Below are positions 38,088 to 48,311 of a DNA stretch of 61,826 nucleotides, piece after piece. The position numbers and the translations under genes are program-made. The stretch's first letter is position 1. The number at the start of each line of letters is the position of its first letter. Where the stretch lies: positions 1-61,826 of the forward strand of contig USNR01000002.1 in the NCBI GenBank assembly GCA_900556135.1, read 5' to 3'. The notes under the pieces are model-generated. The model was given only the letters and a program-made list of their open reading frames with translations, was not told where the DNA came from and did no database searches. This stretch comes from an uncultured Clostridium sp. GTDB lineage: Bacteria > Bacillota > Clostridia > TANB77 > CAG-508.

Positions 38088-40058
38088 TTATTTTATTACC
38101 AATGTGCTTATTTCTGATAAATCCTCTAATCTATTTACTTTTATCATTTTTTCTGAAATCGTGTATAGATTATCTTCAATCCATAATCCCCTTAGTAATT
38201 TGCTTTTATTATAATAATACTTTCCTTTTGTTGATGCATTTTCGTGGGTTATTGTTCCCTTTAATTTAAATCCGTCTTCTACGTTAATATTATAGACAAA
38301 ATATCCCTCAGATACATAGTTTTTATAATAATTTTCGTATGATGCAATTGTTCCCGAAATACTTTCAGTATCGCTTGTATTAACCTTAAAGTCCTCATCA
38401 TAATTATTTACCGGTATTGCAATTATTCCTTTTTCTTTATCAAATAATAAAGCTTTATGATTTGTAAGAACCGCTGATGTTGCTCTGCTATCCCCTATTA
38501 TCGTATCTGATATTTGGATAGGATTATTTACATCCGTAATATCAAATAGCGCCATTTTCATTCCAGTTATTACTGCACTAGTACTTATAATTTTACCACT
38601 TGAATTTCTATTGATTTTTTCTTCTGTTTGCATTCCAATACCTATAATATGAGTATCATCATATGGTTGCAAATATGTACTATATCCTGGAATTTTCAAT
38701 TTGCCTAACACAGTAGGATTAGTTGCATCACTTAAATCTATAACAAATAATGGATCTACAGTTTTATATGTTACCATATATGCTTTATTTCCAACAAATC
38801 TTGTTGAATACATTTTCTCTCCTTCTGCAAGTTTTTGCGTCTCACCTAAAAGTTTTAGATTCTTATCAAAAACTGCTATTCTAGACCCTTCATCTGTGTA
38901 TAATCCAATTCTTAAATTTTCCTGATATTCATCTAATGAAAATTGATTTATTGTAGTTCCTTCAGTCTTTGCTTTGCAATCATATTTAACATTACCATCA
39001 TCTTTTATGTTAAATTTGTAGATATATGTCTCTTTATTATAGTTGTAATCATAATCGTATGAACATTTAAAGAATCCAATTACTCCACCAAACCCAAACA
39101 ATTTTCTAAGTAGTGGCATTTCATTTTCTGCATACTTTTCTTGTAATAAATACATGTTTTCTTCTGATATGTATGCATTTTTCACATTAAATAAATACGA
39201 TTTAACTTTAACGTTTTCACTTTTATTAAGGTCAAAACTTGCAATTATAGTTTGATTATTCGACTCTAAGCCTTTTAAATACTTTATATCTTCTAGTTTA
39301 ATCTCTTTTAGTACATTATCTTCTTCATAATATGTATCTATTTCATTATTTTCTTTTCTCAAACCACCTGATGCAATTATAATTAGCTTACCATCTATAC
39401 TTCTTGATGTATAATATTTCTCATGTAACGAGAAAGTCTCTAATAGTCGTGGTTTTGATTTTGTTGTTATATCATATATGCCCACATAAGTATTAGATTT
39501 ACTATAATTTATATATTGTGTTGAAATAACAACCAATCTATTACCATACAAAATCAAATCTTCTGGTATATAATCTTCTGTTGGTGTTATAGTTGTTTCT
39601 ATTTTTATATTATTTGGATCAATAACATTCGTAATAACAACTTTTGATTCTGAAATCGAATAAATATAGTCTCCATCCGTTTTAGTTATATCTGCTTCAT
39701 CAACATTTTCTACCTGTATATTAGTAGTCGAATGTTCTTTTGAAGTAGAACTTACTGCAGTATTCGTTACAGCATCAGCCGTTACCCCCTCTTCTATGCT
39801 ATATGACAAATCTGCCTTAGAATAACTACGTGTATTAATACCATATATCAAATTATATGGCATTACCAAAGCACCTAATAATCTCTCCCCCAGTTCGTTA
39901 TCGTCACCTTCGTATATTTTTAACAATTCAGCCTTTGACTTCACCGATTTTAATTCAGTTTCATCCTTTTTGATACAAAAAAAGGCACATAAAATCACAA
40001 TAATTATTGCAATTATTATGAGTCCAATTACTATCTTTTTAGTTTTTGTTTTTTTCAA
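38088..40058 (-). CDS. membrane-anchored beta-propeller-domain protein (Beta_propel family)
   Basis: VDPLFVIDLSDATNPTVLGKLKIPGYSTYLQPY is characteristic. TTG start at 40058 lies 6 nt after GGAGGGG. N-terminal anchor IVIGLIIIAIIIVILCAFFCI. Confidence 0.72.
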   Translation of the reverse strand: MKKTKTKKIVIGLIIIAIIIVILCAFFCIKKDETELKSVKSKAELLKIYEGDDNELGERLLGALVMPYNLIYGINTRSYSKADLSYSIEEGVTADAVTNTAVSSTSKEHSTTNIQVENVDEADITKTDGDYIYSISESKVVITNVIDPNNIKIETTITPTEDYIPEDLILYGNRLVVISTQYINYSKSNTYVGIYDITTKSKPRLLETFSLHEKYYTSRSIDGKLIIIASGGLRKENNEIDTYYEEDNVLKEIKLEDIKYLKGLESNNQTIIASFDLNKSENVKVKSYLFNVKNAYISEENMYLLQEKYAENEMPLLRKLFGFGGVIGFFKCSYDYDYNYNKETYIYKFNIKDDGNVKYDCKAKTEGTTINQFSLDEYQENLRIGLYTDEGSRIAVFDKNLKLLGETQKLAEGEKMYSTRFVGNKAYMVTYKTVDPLFVIDLSDATNPTVLGKLKIPGYSTYLQPYDDTHIIGIGMQTEEKINRNSSGKIISTSAVITGMKMALFDITDVNNPIQISDTIIGDSRATSAVLTNHKALLFDKEKGIIAIPVNNYDEDFKVNTSDTESISGTIASYENYYKNYVSEGYFVYNINVEDGFKLKGTITHENASTKGKYYYNKSKLLRGLWIEDNLYTISEKMIKVNRLEDLSEISTLVIK

Positions 40059-40199
40059 AAAAATCCCCTCCTTATAGGATATATTATACACTATAATATA
40101 AAGTAACTTCAACTAAAAACCTGAAATTAATAAAAAAACTTTTTTCATTTTTTCTCGAATAAATATTGACAAATAAGCTTAAACTATGTAATAATATAT

Positions 40200-40446
40200 A
40201 ATACTTTATGTATTGCGTTGAAAATGACGAGCAGTTAAAAGTTCCTAACAGAGATTAAAGGTGATACGCTGAGAGCCTTTTTAGAAAAACGTAACTGAAT
40301 AACACATTGGAGCAAATATATAATATTTACAAAGTGGAAGATTATAATTTTTATATTATATATATAATTTTCAAGCTGGGTGGCACCGCGGAATTTATTT
40401 CGTCCTAGTATATATGAGAAAAAATCATATATACTAGGACTTTTTT
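40200..40446 (+). promoter_or_regulatory. T-box leader with Asn (AAC) specifier controlling aspS
   Basis: Promoter TTGACA at 40166-40171. UGCGUUGA K-turn region and AGAGA box are present. Specifier loop AAU-AAC-A has AAC at 40301-40303, in the same register as GAA-GGC-A of B. subtilis glyQS. T-box AAGCUGGGUGGCACCGCGG is at 40373-40391. Terminator 40402-40440 is followed by U6. Confidence 0.85.
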
Positions 40447-40514
40447 ATAATCTAATATAATCTAAAACAATATTGGGTGTAAAATTTTAAATGATTAGAA
40501 AGGATTGAAATTTT

Positions 40515-42278
40515 ATGAATAATTTTAAAACAGAATATCGTACACATAATTGCAACGAGCTTAGATTAGCTGACGTTGGCAAAGAAGTTAAAATATCTGG
40601 TTTTGTTGAAACAATCAGAGACTTAGGAGGTCTTGTATTCTTAGATATCAGAGATATGTATGGTGTAACTCAAGTAGTTACTTCTGCTGAAGATAAAGAT
40701 GTTGATTTTGCCTCTCACATACCTATAGAATCTACAGTTTGTGTTACAGGTACTGTAAAGAAAAGAGATCCAGAAACATATAATCCAAACATTGAAACTG
40801 GTGAAGTTGAAGTAAAAATTAAAGACATTGTAATATTAGGAAAACGTACTAAGAATTTACCTTTCGAAATTAATGGAAATCAAGATGTTAGAGAGGATTT
40901 ACGTCTGCAATATAGATTTCTAGATTTGCGTGGTAACAAATTAAAAAACAATTTAATATTAAGAGCTCAGGTTATTCAATTCTTACGCAGTCAAATGATA
41001 GAACAAGGATTTTTGGAAGTTCAAACTCCAATTCTTACGAGTTCCTCTCCTGAGGGAGCTAGAGATTACTTAGTTCCAAGTAGAGTTCACCCTGGAAAGT
41101 TTTATGCACTTCCTCAAGCTCCACAACAATTTAAACAATTACTCATGGTTTCAGGAATTGACAAATATTTTCAGATTGCCCCATGTTTTAGAGATGAAGA
41201 CGCAAGAGCAGATCGTGCTCCTGGTGAATTTTATCAACTAGATATGGAAATGAGCTTTGCAGGACAAGAAGATGTTTTTGCTGTTATGGAACCTGTTATT
41301 TATAACACATTCAAAAAGTTTTCTGATAAGGAAATTGCTGCTTATCCATTTCCTAGAATTCCATATAAAGAATCTATGGTTAAGTACGGAACAGATAAAC
41401 CAGATTTAAGAAATCCTTTATTTATAATTGATGTTACGGAATTCTTCCAAAAATGTACATTCAAACCATTTCATGGCTTAACAGTTAGAGCCATAAAAGT
41501 TAACGGACATATGTCTAAAGGATTCCATGAAAAGATGCTTTCTTTTGCAACATCTATTGGAATGGCTGGCCTTGGATACTTAGAGGTTCAAGAAGATTTA
41601 AGTTTCAAAGGACCTATCGATAAATTTATTCCAGCTGATATGAAACAAGAGCTTCTTGATTTAGCAGATTTGAAAAAGGATGATACTATTTTCTTCATTG
41701 CAGATAATGAAGCTAAAGCTACATTTTTAGCTGGTCAAATAAGAACGGAATTAGGAAATCGTTTAAATCTGATAGACGAAAATGTTTTCCAATTCTGTTG
41801 GATTGTAGATTTTCCTATGTATGAATTGGATGAGCATGGAAAAATAGCATTTAATCACAATCCATTTTCTATGCCTCAAGGTGGTTTAGACAGCTTAAAC
41901 AACATGAATCCATTAGACATTTTAGCATATCAATATGATATTGTTTGTAATGGTATAGAATTGTCTTCTGGAGCTGTTAGAAACCATGATACACGCATAA
42001 TGGTTAAAGCCTTTGAGCTTGCTGGTTATACCAAAGAAACTATAGAGGAAAAATTTCCAGCATTATTTAATGCTTTTCAATATGGTGCTCCACCTCATGC
42101 AGGTATTGCTCCTGGTGTTGATAGAATGTTAATGCTTTTAGCTGGATGCGATACTATTAGAGATGTAATAGCTTTCCCTATGAATAGCAAGGCTCAAGAT
42201 CTATTAACTGGCGCTCCTGGTATTGTAACAAAAGAACAACTTCAGGATGTTCATATAAAATTAGATATCAAAGATTAG
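40515..42278 (+). CDS. aspS: aspartate-tRNA ligase (bacterial type; probably non-discriminating)
   Basis: 587 aa. Class II motifs FRDEDARADRAPGEFYQLD and GIAPGVDRMLMLL. Confidence 0.93.
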   Translation: MNNFKTEYRTHNCNELRLADVGKEVKISGFVETIRDLGGLVFLDIRDMYGVTQVVTSAEDKDVDFASHIPIESTVCVTGTVKKRDPETYNPNIETGEVEVKIKDIVILGKRTKNLPFEINGNQDVREDLRLQYRFLDLRGNKLKNNLILRAQVIQFLRSQMIEQGFLEVQTPILTSSSPEGARDYLVPSRVHPGKFYALPQAPQQFKQLLMVSGIDKYFQIAPCFRDEDARADRAPGEFYQLDMEMSFAGQEDVFAVMEPVIYNTFKKFSDKEIAAYPFPRIPYKESMVKYGTDKPDLRNPLFIIDVTEFFQKCTFKPFHGLTVRAIKVNGHMSKGFHEKMLSFATSIGMAGLGYLEVQEDLSFKGPIDKFIPADMKQELLDLADLKKDDTIFFIADNEAKATFLAGQIRTELGNRLNLIDENVFQFCWIVDFPMYELDEHGKIAFNHNPFSMPQGGLDSLNNMNPLDILAYQYDIVCNGIELSSGAVRNHDTRIMVKAFELAGYTKETIEEKFPALFNAFQYGAPPHAGIAPGVDRMLMLLAGCDTIRDVIAFPMNSKAQDLLTGAPGIVTKEQLQDVHIKLDIKD

Positions 42279-42335
42279 AAAAACAAAACGTATAGATATA
42301 AAATTTAATTTATTTCTATACGTTCTATTTTTGTA

Positions 42336-43187
42336 TTAATTTCCACTTCCATACTTTAGTACTATATATGTATTTTTTAGAAATAGTTTAAATGATGAAG
42401 CACTTAAAGGATAATACCTATGTAGTTTACTTAGATTTAAGTTTTTACTTTCATTAACTTTGTTATCCGTTAAATTTTGTATATATCCTTCATCTTCTAG
42501 CGCCTTTACATCATCATTAGTATATAGTCCATATGGATATGTAAATACCTTCAGCAATTGTTCATCATCTAGATTTACTTTTAAATTTTCATATGCCTGA
42601 TTTGTTTGATTTACCAACTCCAGTGTATCCACTTTATCATATTCAGTATGTGTTAATCCGTGTGAATAAATATCCATTACTCCACTATCATGCATCTCCT
42701 TTGCTTGCTCCCAATTGAAATAATTCTGTATTCCAACACAATCATCTATAACAAAGGTAGTCATTGGAATATTATATTTTTTTGCAATTTCAAATGCATA
42801 TTTATATACTCCCATATAGCCATCATCAAATGTTATTAAAAAACTCCACTTTGAAAGTGCTTTTTCCCCATTTTTATAATCTACTAAATCCTGATAACTA
42901 ATTGGTTTATATCCTAATTTCATAAGACCAGTAATTTGTTTTTCAAAAGTATCTACGGTTGTCTGCATAAAATCATATTCTATTTCAGATTCATCTTTTA
43001 CAATATCATGATAAATATAGATTGGAATTTCTATATTTTTTTCACTGATATAATATGTTTTGTTTCTTGTAAAAAATTCATATGCAATAACAAGTATTAA
43101 AAAAATTATCACTGCAACCAATAAATAAATAATAACCTTTATTACTTTTTTAGGTATCGATTTTTTTACGTTATTTTTTTCTTTCAT
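42336..43187 (-). CDS. membrane-anchored polysaccharide deacetylase (NodB domain), paralogue 2
   Basis: LITFDDGYMGVYKYAF and YSHGLTH. N-terminal TM. Long identical stretches with the neighbouring gene, e.g. MQTTVDTFEKQITGLMKLGYKPISYQDLV. Confidence 0.85.
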   Translation of the reverse strand: MKEKNNVKKSIPKKVIKVIIYLLVAVIIFLILVIAYEFFTRNKTYYISEKNIEIPIYIYHDIVKDESEIEYDFMQTTVDTFEKQITGLMKLGYKPISYQDLVDYKNGEKALSKWSFLITFDDGYMGVYKYAFEIAKKYNIPMTTFVIDDCVGIQNYFNWEQAKEMHDSGVMDIYSHGLTHTEYDKVDTLELVNQTNQAYENLKVNLDDEQLLKVFTYPYGLYTNDDVKALEDEGYIQNLTDNKVNESKNLNLSKLHRYYPLSASSFKLFLKNTYIVLKYGSGN

Positions 43188-43203
43188 CTTGTCTCCTTAC
43201 AAT

Positions 43204-44067
43204 TTAGTATCCACTGCCATATCTCATTATTCTATAATTAATTTTTAATAAAATCTTAAATACTGAATCACTTAAAGGATAACATCTATGTAGCATACTT
43301 AAATTCAAATTCTTACTTTCATTAACTTTGTTATCTGTTAAATTCTGAATATAGCCTTCATCAGCCAAAGCATTGATATCATTCATATTATATAATCCAT
43401 ATGGATATGTAAATACTTTTAATATATTTTCATCTTGCAACTTTATTTTCAAATCTTCATAAGCTTGATTTGTTTGACTAACTAAATCTCCTGAATTTTG
43501 TTTATCATACTCCAAATGTTGATATCCATGAGAATAAATTGAAATCAACCCACTATCATACATTTCTTTTGCCTGAGCCCAAGTAAAGGTTCCGTCATCT
43601 TTTTCTAAAGTTTGATCTATTACAAATGAAGTCATTGGAATATTATATTTTTTTGCAATATCAAATGCATATTCATATACTCCACTGCATCCATCATCAA
43701 AGGTTATTAAAAAACTCCATTTTGGAATTGCTTTTTCTCCATCTTTGTATTCCACTAAATCCTGATAACTTATTGGTTTATATCCCAATTTCATCAATCC
43801 CGTAATCTGTTTTTCGAAGGTATCTACCGTTGTTTGCATATACTCATATTGTATTTCTGTTTCATCCTTAACTATATTATGGTATACAAAAATCGGTATT
43901 TGTAAATTCCTTTCTCCTATATAATATGTATTGTTTCTTGTTGCAATTTCATATATAACAAAGCTTGTACATGCTAACACTACTAAAATTATTAGTGTTA
44001 GTAGTACTTTCTTCTTGATATTTTTTTCTTTTAATCCATCCTGTTTTTCTAAAACTTTCTCTTTCAT
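43204..44067 (-). CDS. membrane-anchored polysaccharide deacetylase (NodB domain), paralogue 1
   Basis: LITFDDGCSGVYEYAF and YSHGYQH. N-terminal TM. Tandem duplicate of 42336..43187. Confidence 0.85.
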   Translation of the reverse strand: MKEKVLEKQDGLKEKNIKKKVLLTLIILVVLACTSFVIYEIATRNNTYYIGERNLQIPIFVYHNIVKDETEIQYEYMQTTVDTFEKQITGLMKLGYKPISYQDLVEYKDGEKAIPKWSFLITFDDGCSGVYEYAFDIAKKYNIPMTSFVIDQTLEKDDGTFTWAQAKEMYDSGLISIYSHGYQHLEYDKQNSGDLVSQTNQAYEDLKIKLQDENILKVFTYPYGLYNMNDINALADEGYIQNLTDNKVNESKNLNLSMLHRCYPLSDSVFKILLKINYRIMRYGSGY

Positions 44068-44173
44068 TTTTCCTTCCTTTTATTAAAGTGTTATCAATTT
44101 TCTTAAAACTATTAAAAATTTGTATAACAATTAACTACAATAAATTCAATGCATTTTTCTTAATTTTATAACT

Positions 44174-44315
44174 ACCTACAATATATGTTAACAATTATCG
44201 TGCGCCAGTAGCCCCAGAATTTTTCCTTATCGTCCTATGAAAAAGACACATTCTCATAGTTAAGAGAAAATTTCAATTCCTAGCTTTCTCTAATTGTTAA
44301 CATAGTATTGTAGGT
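44174..44315. repeat. 24/25-bp inverted repeat enclosing a 93-bp core
   Basis: Left arm ACCTACAATATATGTTAACAATTA (44174-44197). Right arm TAATTGTTAACATAGTATTGTAGGT (44291-44315). They are identical apart from a one-nt indel. The core holds hairpins 44235-44259 (CTATGA/TCATAG) and 44264-44290 (GAGAAA/TTTCTC). Confidence 0.7.
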
Positions 44316-44389
44316 ATAACTTAAATTTATACAGTATTTCTATTAAAATCTCTATAAATCATTTATTCTTGTATAATTTTTAATTATGT

Positions 44390-46993
44390 TTAAAAAGTCT
44401 CTTTTCCATAGTAACTGTCAATTAAGATTTGCTTAATTTCTTCAACTAATGGAACTCGTGGATTTGCTGTTGTACATTGGTCTGAAAAAGCTCTGTCAGC
44501 CAATTCGTCCACTTTTGCCATCCACTCTGCCTCATCAATTCCTGCATCCTTGAACGAACGTGGAATTCCAACATCATCTGCCAATCTTCTAACTTCTCTT
44601 ATTAAAGATTGAACACCCTCTTCATTAGTGTAAGCTGGAAAATTCATTCTTCTAGAAATATCCGCATATTTTTGGTCTGCTATATAATATTCATATTTAG
44701 GGAAAGATACAAATTTACTTGGTTCCCTTACACCATTATATTTTACAACATATGGAAGTAATATAGCATTAATTCTACCATGAGGCAAATGGAATTCTGC
44801 ACCTATTTTATGCGCCATTGAGTGACACACTCCTAAAAACGCATTTGTAAATGCCATTCCTGCTATTGTACTCGCATTGTGCATTTTTTCTCTGGCAAGT
44901 TTATTACTTGCTCCATTATTATATGCTTCTCTTAAATTTTTAAACACTAACTCTGCTGCCTTTTCTGCTAGTCCATCAGTATAATCAGATGCCATATTAG
45001 ACACATATGCCTCTAATGCATGAGTTAAAACATCCATACCAGTATCTGCTGTAACAGATTTTGGAAGGCTCATTACTAATTCTGGATCCACAATAGCAAC
45101 ATCTGGTGTTAATTCATAATCTGCTAATGGATATTTTTTATTCTTTTCTTTATCAGATATTACCGCAAAAGAAGTAACTTCTGAACCTGTTCCTGATGTT
45201 GTAGGTATTGCAACCATTTGAGATTTTTCACCTAATTTAGGAAACTTGTATGTGCGTTTACGTATATCCATAAATTTAAGTTTCATTCCCTCAATATCTG
45301 CCTCTGGATGTTCATAAAATAACCACATTCCTTTTGCAGCATCTATTGGACTTCCTCCTCCTAAAGCAATTATGACATCAGGTTTAAATTCATTCATTTT
45401 CTCTACACCTTTTTTTATCGTAGCAAATGAAGGGTCAGACTCTACATCTGCAAAGATTTCTGAATGAACATATTCTCTTCTATTCCTTAAATGATACAAA
45501 ACTTTATCAACATATCCTAACTTTAACATTCCTTCATCAGTTACTATAAAAGCCCTTGTTATACCTGGCATTTTTTCTAAATACCCAAGTGAACCTGCTT
45601 CAAAATATATTTTATCTGGAACCTTAAACCACTGCATATTAACTCTCCTATTTGCCACTCTTTTAATATTTATTAGGTTTACTGATGAAACATTTGCAGT
45701 TGTAGAATTGCCACCAAATGTTCCACATCCTAAAGTTAGAGATGGCATATTAGTATTATATATATCTCCTATAGCTCCGTGCGTAGAAGGAGAATTAACT
45801 ATTATTCTTCCAGCTTTTACAACCTCTGAAAATTTATTAATAACATCTTTATCTTCTGCATGAATAACAGCCGAATGGCCTAAACCACCAAATTCTATTA
45901 ATTTTTCTGCTAGGTCAATTCCCTCATCACTACCATCTACAACGTAATAAGTAAGAACTGGACTCAACTTTTCCTTTGAAAAAGGATATTCTATTCCAAC
46001 ACCATTTTCTTTTAAAACCAATACTTTTGTATTTTCTGGCACATCAATTCCTGCACCTTTTGCAATATTATATGGACTTTTTCCTACAATATCTGCGTTT
46101 AAAGAGCATCCTTTTTCTTCTATAAACATGCTAGAACGTAATCTATTTGTTTCTTCTTCATTTAAGAAATAGCATCCTGCTTCTCTCATTAAGTTTTCAA
46201 AATCCTCATGAATTTCTCTATCAACGATAACAGATTGTTCAGAAGCACAGATCATACCATTATCAAAAGTTTTTGAATGAATAATTGAGTTTACTGCTAA
46301 TATAACATCTGCTGTATCATCAATAATTGCAGGTGTATTTCCAGCGCCAACACCTAAAGCAGGTTTACCACTTGAATATGCTGATTTAACCATTCCAGGT
46401 CCACCAGTAGCAAGAATAGTGTCTGCTGATTGCATTAATGTATTTGTAAGTTCTAGTGATGGAACATCTATCCATGCAATAATTCCTTCTGGTGCTCCAG
46501 CTTTAACAGCTGCCTCTAAAACTATTTTTGCAGCAGCAATAGTAGAATTTTTAGCTCTTGGATGAGGACTAATAATAATTCCATTTCTTGTTTTTAATGA
46601 AATTAATGTCTTAAATATTGCTGTTGATGTAGGATTTGTTGTTGGAATAACAGCAGCAATTAATCCTAAAGGTTCAGCTACTTTTCTTACTCCATAAGAA
46701 GCATCATATTCTAAAGTTCCACAAGTTTTTTCATTTTTATACTTATTGTAAATATACTCAGCCGCATAATGATTCTTTATAACTTTGTCTTCTACAACTC
46801 CCATCCCAGTTTCTTCAACTGCCATTTTAGCAAGAGGAATTCTTGCTTGGTTCGCAGCAATAGAAGCAGCTAAAAATATTTTATCAACTTGTTCTTGAGT
46901 ATAATGAGAAAACTCTTGTTGAGCTTTTTTCACATTTCTTATTGTCTCTTCTAAAGCTTCTACGCTGTCTACAATTTTGTACTCTTTTTCCAT
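44390..46993 (-). CDS. adhE: bifunctional acetaldehyde-CoA/alcohol dehydrogenase
   Basis: 867 aa. N-terminal aldehyde dehydrogenase and C-terminal iron-type alcohol dehydrogenase halves. Confidence 0.95.
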   Translation of the reverse strand: MEKEYKIVDSVEALEETIRNVKKAQQEFSHYTQEQVDKIFLAASIAANQARIPLAKMAVEETGMGVVEDKVIKNHYAAEYIYNKYKNEKTCGTLEYDASYGVRKVAEPLGLIAAVIPTTNPTSTAIFKTLISLKTRNGIIISPHPRAKNSTIAAAKIVLEAAVKAGAPEGIIAWIDVPSLELTNTLMQSADTILATGGPGMVKSAYSSGKPALGVGAGNTPAIIDDTADVILAVNSIIHSKTFDNGMICASEQSVIVDREIHEDFENLMREAGCYFLNEEETNRLRSSMFIEEKGCSLNADIVGKSPYNIAKGAGIDVPENTKVLVLKENGVGIEYPFSKEKLSPVLTYYVVDGSDEGIDLAEKLIEFGGLGHSAVIHAEDKDVINKFSEVVKAGRIIVNSPSTHGAIGDIYNTNMPSLTLGCGTFGGNSTTANVSSVNLINIKRVANRRVNMQWFKVPDKIYFEAGSLGYLEKMPGITRAFIVTDEGMLKLGYVDKVLYHLRNRREYVHSEIFADVESDPSFATIKKGVEKMNEFKPDVIIALGGGSPIDAAKGMWLFYEHPEADIEGMKLKFMDIRKRTYKFPKLGEKSQMVAIPTTSGTGSEVTSFAVISDKEKNKKYPLADYELTPDVAIVDPELVMSLPKSVTADTGMDVLTHALEAYVSNMASDYTDGLAEKAAELVFKNLREAYNNGASNKLAREKMHNASTIAGMAFTNAFLGVCHSMAHKIGAEFHLPHGRINAILLPYVVKYNGVREPSKFVSFPKYEYYIADQKYADISRRMNFPAYTNEEGVQSLIREVRRLADDVGIPRSFKDAGIDEAEWMAKVDELADRAFSDQCTTANPRVPLVEEIKQILIDSYYGKETF

Positions 46994-47195
46994 ATAGCAC
47001 TCTCCTTTATTTATATTTTAAGTCTAATCGAATTAATTTATTCTTTCTTCATGTTCACGAAGCAATAATATCATTTCAAAATTGTTTTTTCAATATGTTA
47101 TTAATTAATATTTTCATTTATTTTTAGCTATTTCAAAATTTTTGACATTTTATGTTTACGCCTATATAATATTACAAAAAAGATTGGAAAAAATA

Positions 47196-48116
47196 ATGGA
47201 AGAAAGATATTTAAGATACAAACATTTAAATGAATATTTAAAGAATAAATTTGGAGAAAGAACATTAAAAATATGTGTTGATGGTGGCTTTACTTGTCCG
47301 AACAGAGATGGCAAATGCGGATATGGTGGATGTATTTTTTGCAGTGAAACAGGCTCAGGAGATCATTTAAAGCATACTAGTATCCCTGAACAAATCAATC
47401 AATTTTTCAATAGCTATAAAGCATCTCGTGCTAATAAATTCATAGTATATTTTCAGAACTTTACAAATACATATGATACTATTGAAAATCTAAAAAGAAA
47501 ATATGATTCATGTTTTATAGATGATAGAATTGTTGGAATCGAAATTGCAACAAGACCAGATTGTATTACTGAAGAAATAGCCAAATTGATACACTCATAT
47601 TCTGAAAAATATTATGTATGTGTAGAACTAGGTTTACAAACTTCAAACGATAAAACAGCAAACTTTATCAATCGTGGTTATTCCTCAGCAGACTTTACAA
47701 ACGCTGTAAATATTTTAAGCAAATATAATATCAATGTTGTAACACATATAATGATTGGATTACCAAATGAAACAAAAATAGATTTAGAAAATACCATAAA
47801 TTTCATTAACTCTCATAATATTAATGGTATTAAAATTCACTCAACTTATATTGTAGAAAACACTAAACTAGAAGAACTATATAATCAACATTTATATGAA
47901 CCGATATCATATGAATATTATATGGATTGCTTAGAATATGTTATTACTCACATTTCTCCAGAACTTGTCATTCATCGAATTTCTGGAGATGCTCCAAAAG
48001 ATTTACTTGTTGCACCAGAATGGAACCTTCACAAAAAGAAAGTAATGAACGGATTAGACAAAATTCTAAAAGAAAAAAATCTATATCAAGGAATTTTTTA
48101 CAAATCTGAAAAATAA
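47196..48116 (+). CDS. TIGR01212-family radical SAM protein (YhcC-like)
   Basis: GFTCPNRDGKCGYGGCIFCSE cluster motif. Start set at ATG 47196 (MEERYLRYKHL). Confidence 0.82.
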   Translation: MEERYLRYKHLNEYLKNKFGERTLKICVDGGFTCPNRDGKCGYGGCIFCSETGSGDHLKHTSIPEQINQFFNSYKASRANKFIVYFQNFTNTYDTIENLKRKYDSCFIDDRIVGIEIATRPDCITEEIAKLIHSYSEKYYVCVELGLQTSNDKTANFINRGYSSADFTNAVNILSKYNINVVTHIMIGLPNETKIDLENTINFINSHNINGIKIHSTYIVENTKLEELYNQHLYEPISYEYYMDCLEYVITHISPELVIHRISGDAPKDLLVAPEWNLHKKKVMNGLDKILKEKNLYQGIFYKSEK

Positions 48117-48311
48117 TACAATCTTCCAATATATAAAACTTCATTGTGCAGAAAATTTACTGCATAAATCTTTGCAAACAAACAAATTTACTGAATGAAT
48201 TTCTATTTTTAAAAATCGTTTTAATCAATAATATTTCTTTGACATTTTAATAGTATTATGATATAGTATTCAATACTAGATGATATAGTTTAAAATAACG
48301 GAGGGATTCAA

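Noticed and set aside
40297-40299. GAA immediately 5' of the AAC specifier, considered as a possible second (Glu) specifier as in reported two-codon T-boxes.
   Set aside because: In my fold the G belongs to the UAACUG helix strand, so GAA is not presented in the loop in the canonical register. This cannot be decided without structure probing.
44121-44145. Third partial copy of the inverted-repeat arm sequence with its halves swapped, considered as a recombination scar.
   Set aside because: Only two 8-nt blocks match (AACAATTA and CTACAATA), which is easily expected by chance in this AT-rich spacer. It is mentioned under the inverted-repeat finding but not called as a feature.
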